Assembly: GCA_947176605.1 (NCBI GenBank)
Contig: CAMWRH010000005.1
Coordinates: forward strand, 810 to 64,809
Length of the DNA stretch: 64,000 nt
Source: an uncultured Porphyromonadaceae bacterium
GTDB lineage: Bacteria > Bacteroidota > Bacteroidia > Bacteroidales > Muribaculaceae
Direction of reading: 5' to 3'
In this document: positions 57,673-64,000 of the stretch, in pieces
Layout of the letters: each line of letters opens with the position of its first letter
How positions within the stretch are numbered: the first letter of the stretch is position 1
Made by a program: the position numbers and the translations under genes
The notes under the pieces: generated by a model
Databases searched by the model: none
Seen by the model: the letters and a program-made list of their open reading frames with translations, nothing else
Told to the model about the DNA's origin: nothing

Positions 57673-59010
57673 ATGGGATTTACTCAGACAATAAAAAATA
57701 TCTGGAGCGTAGAAGACCTTCGCCACCGCATCGGAGTGACCTTGCTGCTGGTGATCATCTACCGCTTCGGATGCTATGTAGTGCTACCGGGCATTAATCC
57801 CGACTCGCTGAGCGCACTGCAGAACTTCACTTCCGACGGTCTGATGCAGCTGCTCGACATGTTCTCGGGCGGTGCCTTCTCGCAGGCTTCTGTATTTGCC
57901 CTCGGTATCATGCCCTACATCACGGCTTCCATCGTGATTCAGCTCCTGGGCATGGTGCTCCCGGCTTTCCAGAAAATGCAGCGCGAGGGTGAGAGCGGTC
58001 GGATGAAGCTCAACCAGTATACCCGTTATCTCACTGTGCTGATCCTCCTGCTTCAGGGTCCGGCTTATCTGATGAACCTGCAGTATCAGGTCAAGGCAGC
58101 CGGCGGCTACGTGGATATGGGCTTCTGGACTGTGGCATTCATGACTATCGTGCTTGCGGCAGGCTCCATGTTTATCATGTGGCTCGGTGAGCGTATCGAC
58201 CAGAAGGGTGTGGGCAACGGTATATCGTTCATAATCCTTATCGGTATCATCGCCCGTCTGCCTGAGGCATTCTTCCAGGAGTTCACTTCGCGTCTGCTCA
58301 ACTCGGCAGGCGGCGGTCTGGTGCTCTTCCTCGTGGAGATCGTGATTCTGCTTGCAGTCATCGCAGGCGCCGTGCTGCTCGTACAGGGCACTCGCAAGGT
58401 GCCCGTGCAGTATGCCAAGAAAGTCGTGGGCAACAAGCAGTACGGCGGCGCCCGTCAGTATATCCCGTTGAAAGTGAATGCCGCAGGTGTGATGCCCATC
58501 ATCTTCGCCCAGGCCATCATGTTCATCCCGGTGACACTGGCCGGCTTCTCGACCGACCATTCCGGTCTGCTCGGCAGCCTGACCAACATGTATGGCTGGA
58601 CCTACAATATCATCTATTTCCTGATGATTGTGGCCTTCACATATTTCTATACAGCTATCACCGTGCGCCCGGCGCAGATGGCAGAGGACATGAAGCGCAA
58701 CAACGGCTTCATCCCCGGCGTCAAGCCCGGCAAGCCGACTGTGGAGTATCTTGACTCCATCATGTCGCGCATCACGCTCCCCGGATCCATATTCCTGGGT
58801 ATCGTGGCCGTGATGCCGTCGATAGCATATGTATGCGGTCTGAACAGAAGTTTCGCCCAGTTCTTCGGCGGCACGTCGCTGCTGATTCTGGTAGGTGTGA
58901 TCCTTGACACCCTGCGTATCGTGGAGGGACATCTCCTGATGCGTCACTACGACGGCCTGATGAAGGATGGCCGCATACAGGGACGCACCACCGGCAAGGG
59001 CGTATTCTAA
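57673..59010 (+). CDS. secY: Preprotein translocase subunit SecY
   Basis: FSGGAF..ASVFALGIMPYITASI, GVGNGISFII, AGVMPIIFAQ, FIPGVKPG and GGTSLLI. Confidence 0.99.
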   Translation: MGFTQTIKNIWSVEDLRHRIGVTLLLVIIYRFGCYVVLPGINPDSLSALQNFTSDGLMQLLDMFSGGAFSQASVFALGIMPYITASIVIQLLGMVLPAFQKMQREGESGRMKLNQYTRYLTVLILLLQGPAYLMNLQYQVKAAGGYVDMGFWTVAFMTIVLAAGSMFIMWLGERIDQKGVGNGISFIILIGIIARLPEAFFQEFTSRLLNSAGGGLVLFLVEIVILLAVIAGAVLLVQGTRKVPVQYAKKVVGNKQYGGARQYIPLKVNAAGVMPIIFAQAIMFIPVTLAGFSTDHSGLLGSLTNMYGWTYNIIYFLMIVAFTYFYTAITVRPAQMAEDMKRNNGFIPGVKPGKPTVEYLDSIMSRITLPGSIFLGIVAVMPSIAYVCGLNRSFAQFFGGTSLLILVGVILDTLRIVEGHLLMRHYDGLMKDGRIQGRTTGKGVF

Positions 59011-59051
59011 AAGCGTTTGCAACTGTTAGCGCTAATCGTAAAAGTAAGAAA

Positions 59052-59858
59052 ATGATCTATCTCAAGACACCCGAAGAAATCGAAAAAGTGCGCCGCGCAT
59101 CCGATCTGGTGAGCCGCACTCTCGGTGAGGTGGCGAAGTGGGTAGCCCCCGGCATCACCACCCAGCGTCTTGACACCATAGCACGTGAGTTTATCCTCGA
59201 CAACGGGGGTAGACCCGCTTGCTTGGGTTATGGCGGTTTCCCGGGTACGCTCTGCATCGAGGTCAACGAGACGGTAGTGCACGGATTCCCCGGAGGCTAT
59301 GTGCTGAAGGAGGGTGATATCGTCGGCACGGACTGTGTCGTTGAACTTGATGGTTATAACGGCGACAGCTGCTATACGTTCGGCGTGGGTGAAATCGACC
59401 CCGCCACCGCCCGGCTGCTCCGGGTGACCAAGGAGTCGCTCTACAAGGGTATCGCCGCCGCACGCGCCGGAAAGCGCGTAGGCGACATCTCCAACGCTGT
59501 GCAGACATTCTGCGAGCGTGCCGGCTACAGTGTGGTGCGCGAAATGTGCGGCCACGGCATCGGCAAGAGCATGCACGAGGATCCGGAAGTGCCCAACTAC
59601 GGACGGCGTGGCATCGGCCCGCTGCTCAAGCCCAACATGACGATATGCATCGAGCCGATGATCAATCTCGGCAGCAAGAACATTGTCATCGAGCGCGACG
59701 GCTGGCAGTGCCGCACCCGCGACCGCAAGCCTTCGGCCCACTTCGAGCATACAATACTCATCACGCCTGATGAGCCGGAGATCCTCACCACTTTCCGATA
59801 CATCGAGGAAGCCCTCGGCGACCGGGATGTGACCCTGGGTATCCCTGCCGGAGAATGA
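59052..59858 (+). CDS. map: Type I methionine aminopeptidase
   Basis: [29 protein letters not shown] and SAHFEHT. Confidence 0.97.
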   Translation: MIYLKTPEEIEKVRRASDLVSRTLGEVAKWVAPGITTQRLDTIAREFILDNGGRPACLGYGGFPGTLCIEVNETVVHGFPGGYVLKEGDIVGTDCVVELDGYNGDSCYTFGVGEIDPATARLLRVTKESLYKGIAAARAGKRVGDISNAVQTFCERAGYSVVREMCGHGIGKSMHEDPEVPNYGRRGIGPLLKPNMTICIEPMINLGSKNIVIERDGWQCRTRDRKPSAHFEHTILITPDEPEILTTFRYIEEALGDRDVTLGIPAGE

Positions 59859-59919
59859 CGTCAGACAGAGAGAGAAATTCAATCTTACGCAAAACCCAAA
59901 AGTTACAAAAGACTACGAA

Positions 59920-60138
59920 ATGGCAAAACAAGCTGCAATCGAACAGGACGGAGTGATTCTCGAAGCGTTGTCGAACGCGATGTTCAAGGTAGAACTCGAA
60001 AACGGCCACGAAATCACAGCCCACATCTCGGGCAAGATGAGAATGCACTACATCAAGATACTTCCCGGCGACAAGGTAAGGGTAGAGATGTCGCCCTACG
60101 ACCTGAGCAAGGGAAGAATCGCTTTCAGATACAAATAA
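59920..60138 (+). CDS. infA: Translation initiation factor IF-1
   Basis: [33 protein letters not shown]. Confidence 0.99.
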   Translation: MAKQAAIEQDGVILEALSNAMFKVELENGHEITAHISGKMRMHYIKILPGDKVRVEMSPYDLSKGRIAFRYK

Positions 60139-60156
60139 TATACCATCAATCAAGAT

Positions 60157-60273
60157 ATGAAAGTTAGAGCATCAATCAAAAAGCGCACCCCGGACAGCAA
60201 GATCGTCCGCCGCAAGGGTCGTCTTTATGTAATCAACAAGAAGAACCCGAAGTTGAAACAACGTCAGGGCTAA
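60157..60273 (+). CDS. rpmJ: 50S ribosomal protein L36 (Cys-free)
   Basis: Not in the ORF track. Manual translation: [38 protein letters not shown]. Confidence 0.97.
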   Translation: MKVRASIKKRTPDSKIVRRKGRLYVINKKNPKLKQRQG

Positions 60274-60307
60274 CAATTCACTTTGCTAAACAATCCAACA
60301 TAGAAAT

Positions 60308-60688
60308 ATGGCAGTAAGAATAGTCGGCGTAGATTTGCCGCAGAACAAAAGAGGCGAAATCGCCTTGACATATATCTTTGGGATCGGCCGCAGCGCAGCC
60401 AAAACAATTCTGAGCAAAGCCGGCGTTGATCTCGACACAAAAGTAAAGGACTGGACTGACGATCAGGCAGCCGCAGTGCGTGAGGTAATCCAGAGCGAGT
60501 ACAAGGTGGAGGGTGATCTCCGCACCGAAATCCAGCTCAACATCAAGCGCCTCATGGATATCGGCTGCTATCGTGGCATCCGTCACCGTATCGGTCTGCC
60601 CGTGCGTGGCCAGAGCACCAAGAACAACGCCCGCACACGCAAGGGTCGCAAGAAAACAGTCGCCAACAAGAAGAAAGCTACTAAATAA
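60308..60688 (+). CDS. rpsM: 30S ribosomal protein S13
   Basis: ALTYIFGIG...[24 protein letters not shown]. Confidence 0.99.
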   Translation: MAVRIVGVDLPQNKRGEIALTYIFGIGRSAAKTILSKAGVDLDTKVKDWTDDQAAAVREVIQSEYKVEGDLRTEIQLNIKRLMDIGCYRGIRHRIGLPVRGQSTKNNARTRKGRKKTVANKKKATK

Positions 60689-60697
60689 CACTAAGAC

Positions 60698-61087
60698 ATG
60701 GCAAAAAAGACAGTCGCAGCAAAAAAGAGAAATGTCAAGGTTGACGCAATGGGTCAGCTCCACGTGCATAGCTCTTTCAACAACATCATCGTGTGTCTGG
60801 CCAACAACGAGGGTCAGGTTATCTCCTGGTCATCGGCTGGCAAGATGGGCTTCCGTGGCTCAAAGAAGAACACCCCCTATGCAGCCCAGATGGCGGCACA
60901 GGATTGCGCAAAGGTGGCCTACGATCTCGGCCTGCGCAAGGTGAAAGCCTACGTCAAGGGTCCCGGCAACGGCCGTGAGTCCGCTATCCGCACAGTGCAT
61001 GGCGCCGGTATCGAGGTAGTGGAAATCGTAGACGTTACTCCGCTGCCCCACAACGGTTGCCGTCCTCCCAAGAGAAGAAGAGTGTAA
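60698..61087 (+). CDS. rpsK: 30S ribosomal protein S11
   Basis: SSFNNIIV...[13 protein letters not shown]...[18 protein letters not shown]. Confidence 0.99.
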   Translation: MAKKTVAAKKRNVKVDAMGQLHVHSSFNNIIVCLANNEGQVISWSSAGKMGFRGSKKNTPYAAQMAAQDCAKVAYDLGLRKVKAYVKGPGNGRESAIRTVHGAGIEVVEIVDVTPLPHNGCRPPKRRRV

Positions 61088-61485
61088 TACCACGTAGGCA
61101 ACCCCTGACACGACATAATTCATCTCAATCCGATGTCTGCTTCCGGACGGTGTCCGCTGTAGTGCCGGTTTTGCCGGCAGCGTGAGCATGACGGAGCATC
61201 ACTACCGGTCTGGCCGCATCCCGGTGAGGGTATTCAGGTGGCTTCCACCATGCGAATAGACTATCCCGAACAATTGATGCTTCTACATATCTCACAATCG
61301 ACGTTATGACACACAATGTTCGATAAGTAACTTTCTCTCGATAGTCGCGGCTGCGCTAACGGGAGTCTCCGAGGCCCGGAGAGGATATGGCCCCCGGTGG
61401 GGCAGGCTCCTCATTTATGCTCTGGCTGACGGCGGCTGCTGCAGTAGCGTCCACAGAGGCAGACAAATTAAAGACAATACACAAA

Positions 61486-62091
61486 ATGGCAAGATACACA
61501 GGTCCCAAATCAAAAATCGCCCGTAAATTCGGCGAGGCCATCTTCGGCGACGACAAAGTGCTCGCTAAGAAAAATTACCCCCCGGGCCAGCATGGCGCCA
61601 ACCGTCGCCGCAAGACTTCGGAGTACGGCATGCAGCTGCGTGAGAAGCAGAAAGCCAAATACACTTACGGTGTGCTGGAGCGTCAGTTCCGCAACCTCTT
61701 CGAGAAGGCTGCCCGCACAAAAGGTATCACCGGTGAGGTGCTCCTTCAGCTCCTCGAAGGCCGTCTGGACAACGTAGTTTACCGTCTGGGCATCGCTCCC
61801 AGCCGTCCCGCTGCCCGTCAGCTCGTGCTTCACAAGCACATCACTGTCAACGGTAAGGTGGTCAACATCGCTTCTTATGCCGTTAAGCCCGGTGATGTGA
61901 TTGGTGTGCGTGAAAAGTCTAAGTCGCTTGAGGTTATCGCCGACGCACTGGCCGGTTTCAACCACAGCAAGTATCCCTGGATCGAATGGGACGAAAGCTC
62001 CAAGTCAGGACGCTTCCTCCATGTCCCCACCCGTGAGGATATCCCCGAGACAATCAAGGAACAGTTGATCGTCGAGTTGTATTCTAAATAA
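61486..62091 (+). CDS. rpsD: 30S ribosomal protein S4
   Basis: [16 protein letters not shown]...[13 protein letters not shown]...ARQLV.H. Start reassigned to the ATG at 61486. Confidence 0.98.
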   Translation: MARYTGPKSKIARKFGEAIFGDDKVLAKKNYPPGQHGANRRRKTSEYGMQLREKQKAKYTYGVLERQFRNLFEKAARTKGITGEVLLQLLEGRLDNVVYRLGIAPSRPAARQLVLHKHITVNGKVVNIASYAVKPGDVIGVREKSKSLEVIADALAGFNHSKYPWIEWDESSKSGRFLHVPTREDIPETIKEQLIVELYSK

Positions 62092-62107
62092 TAAACAATA
62101 GAGACCC

Positions 62108-63106
62108 ATGCCAATTTTAGCATTTCAAAAGCCTGAAAAGGTCATCATGCTTGAGGCTGACAATAAATTCGGCAAATTCGAATTTCGCCCGCTCGAGCCC
62201 GGTTATGGCCAGACCATAGGCAACGCCTTGCGCCGCATTCTGCTGTCGTCGCTTGGCGGTTTCGCCATCAATTCAATCAAAATTGACGGCGTGGCCCATG
62301 AGCTTGACACTATCCCCGGAGTTAAGGAAGATGTGATCAACATGATCCTCAACCTGAAGCAGGTGCGCTTCAAGCAGCTGACCCTTGACATCGAAGCCGA
62401 AAAAGCTACGGTGGAGGTGTCGGGCACAGATGTGTTCAAAGCCGGCGACTTGGGTAAGGTGCTTACGGGCTTCGAGGTCCTCAATCCCGAGTTGGTAATC
62501 TGCCATCTCGATGCCAACGCAAGCTTCAAGATGGAATTCACAATCAATAAGGGTCGCGGTTGGGTGCCCGCTGACGAGAACCGTGAAATGATCGGCGCTG
62601 CCGATCCCGGTGTCATCGCCATCGACTCAATCTATACTCCCATCAAGAATGTGAAGTATACCATCGAGAACTTCCGCGTTGAGCAGAAGACCGACTACGA
62701 AAAGCTCATACTCGAAGTCACCACCGATGGCTCTATTCTCCCGAAGGATGCACTCAAGGAGGCTGCCAAGATCCTGATACACCACTTCATGCTCTTCTCC
62801 GACGACAAGATGACTCTTGAGACGCCGGCCGACGTGGAGACTGAGGAATTCGACGAGGAGGTGCTCCACATGCGCCAACTCCTGAAGACCAAGCTCTCCG
62901 ACATGGATCTGAGTGTGCGTGCGCTCAACTGTCTGAAGAGCGCCGAAGTCGAGACACTTGGCGAACTTGTGGTATTCAACAAGAACGACCTGTTGAAATT
63001 CCGCAACTTCGGCCGCAAGTCGCTCACAGAGCTCGACGAGCTGCTGGCCAACCTCAACCTCTCTTTCGGGATGGACATCTCAAAATATAAATTAGACAAA
63101 GACTAA
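62108..63106 (+). CDS. rpoA: DNA-directed RNA polymerase subunit alpha
   Basis: [29 protein letters not shown] and [10 protein letters not shown]. Confidence 0.99.
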   Translation: MPILAFQKPEKVIMLEADNKFGKFEFRPLEPGYGQTIGNALRRILLSSLGGFAINSIKIDGVAHELDTIPGVKEDVINMILNLKQVRFKQLTLDIEAEKATVEVSGTDVFKAGDLGKVLTGFEVLNPELVICHLDANASFKMEFTINKGRGWVPADENREMIGAADPGVIAIDSIYTPIKNVKYTIENFRVEQKTDYEKLILEVTTDGSILPKDALKEAAKILIHHFMLFSDDKMTLETPADVETEEFDEEVLHMRQLLKTKLSDMDLSVRALNCLKSAEVETLGELVVFNKNDLLKFRNFGRKSLTELDELLANLNLSFGMDISKYKLDKD

Positions 63107-63111
63107 CAGCG

Positions 63112-63603
63112 ATGCGACACAATAAAAAATTCAATCATCTCAGCCGCAAGAAAGGTCACCGCGAGGCGTTGCTCAGCAACATGGCGATCTCGCTGATCAT
63201 GCACAAGCGCATCTTCACTACAGTTGCCAAGGCTAAGGCTCTCCGCGTATTCGCAGAGCCCATCATCACCCGCAGCAAGAAGGACGATATGGCCAACCGC
63301 CGCCTCGTCTTCAGCTACCTCCAGAACAAGGATGCCGTCAAGGAACTTTTCGGTGTGATCGCCGAGAAGGTGGCAGAGCGTCCCGGTGGCTATCTGCGTA
63401 TCCTCAAGACCGGTCACCGTCTGGGCGACAACGCCGAGATGGCCATGATCGAGCTCGTAGACTTCAATGAGTCTATGCTTGAGGCCGGCGAAGGCAAAGG
63501 CAAAAAGGCTACACGCCGCTCGCGCAAGAAGAAAGCGGCTACTGCGGCTCCCGAGGCTGAAGCTCCCGCAGCTGAGGCTTCTGAGGCTCCCGCAGCCGAG
63601 TAA
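63112..63603 (+). CDS. rplQ: 50S ribosomal protein L17
   Basis: MRHNKK...TTVAKAK...[10 protein letters not shown], followed by an Ala/Glu-rich tail. Confidence 0.99.
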   Translation: MRHNKKFNHLSRKKGHREALLSNMAISLIMHKRIFTTVAKAKALRVFAEPIITRSKKDDMANRRLVFSYLQNKDAVKELFGVIAEKVAERPGGYLRILKTGHRLGDNAEMAMIELVDFNESMLEAGEGKGKKATRRSRKKKAATAAPEAEAPAAEASEAPAAE

Positions 63604-63677
63604 TCTCCTTGGCTTTAAATCGCGTTCAGCATTGCGGTGAGCCCTGCTCACCGGATGCCACAATATTTTCTCCTGAG

Positions 63678-63727
63678 GGGCGTCACGGTTACTGGCCGCG
63701 ACGCCCTCTCTTCTTTCTTAGTTTTTT
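63678..63727 (+). terminator. Intrinsic terminator after rplQ
   Basis: GGGCGTCACGG/CCGCGACGCCC stem followed by a pyrimidine/U-rich tail. Confidence 0.7.
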
Positions 63728-63737
63728 CTCTTGAGCT

Positions 63738-64000
63738 ATGAGAAGTCTTGAATCTTATGCAGAGGATGCGCGTCAGCTGCGTGCCCGTGGGTATAATTGC
63801 GCTCAGTGCGTGTTGATGGCCTTTGATGATGTCACAGGGCTCGACCGCAGTCTTGCCGCCCGACTCGCCTCCGGGCTGGGGGCTGGTGTAGGAGCCAAAG
63901 GTGAAATCTGCGGTGTGGTCAATGCGATGGCCATCGCGCAGGGCATAGGCAACGGTGCGGAGCCATCGGATAAGGTGGCGTCCATGAAGTGTGCCGGTGC
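63738..64000 (+). CDS. C-GCAxxG-C-C family putative redox-active protein (5' part, truncated by the window)
   Basis: Manual translation: MRSLESYAEDARQLRARGYNCAQCVLMAF...LASGLGAGVG.KGEICGVVNAM...; contains NCAQ, GxGxG and CG motifs. Confidence 0.85.
   Translation, partial: MRSLESYAEDARQLRARGYNCAQCVLMAFDDVTGLDRSLAARLASGLGAGVGAKGEICGVVNAMAIAQGIGNGAEPSDKVASMKCAG

Noticed and set aside
63738-64000. Possible selenoprotein in the C-GCAxxG-C-C family gene
   Set aside because: The visible motif positions are ordinary Cys codons (TGC) with no in-frame TGA in the available part.

Overview
This 64-kb window is GC-rich core chromosome from a Bacteroidales bacterium. The gene set and the TAnnTTTG promoters point there, and the style suggests Muribaculaceae, which is inference. 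The left half holds housekeeping and envelope genes: rhomboid protease, HU, an AddA-like helicase-nuclease, gldE, argS, a phosphatase/porin pair, pnp, mltG, an FdtA/FdtB-like sugar pair, hpf, a TonB-dependent receptor, xerC, rpsU, aminopeptidase P, a GlmU-like protein and a probable T9SS surface protein. The right half is the str-S10-spc-alpha ribosomal protein cluster. It is interrupted between rpsN and rpsH by an 8-gene arginine biosynthesis operon (GNAT, argG, argC, argD, argF', argB, argE, argH) that has no argR. The top finding lies upstream of that operon: a 48-codon leader ORF (46034-46180), too short for the supplied ORF track, ending in S-R-F-R-R-R-S-R with all five Arg codons being CGA. 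It is followed by a 229-nt spacer containing mutually exclusive base-pairings. This is a candidate ribosome-mediated arginine attenuator. Other notable items are two further sub-60-aa ORFs with their own promoters, a tandem perfect palindrome upstream of the TonB-dependent receptor, terminators overlapping promoters, and extra breaks in the ribosomal protein cluster. I saw no tRNA, rRNA, CRISPR array or IS element. All structures and motifs were read by eye, with no database searches or folding runs.
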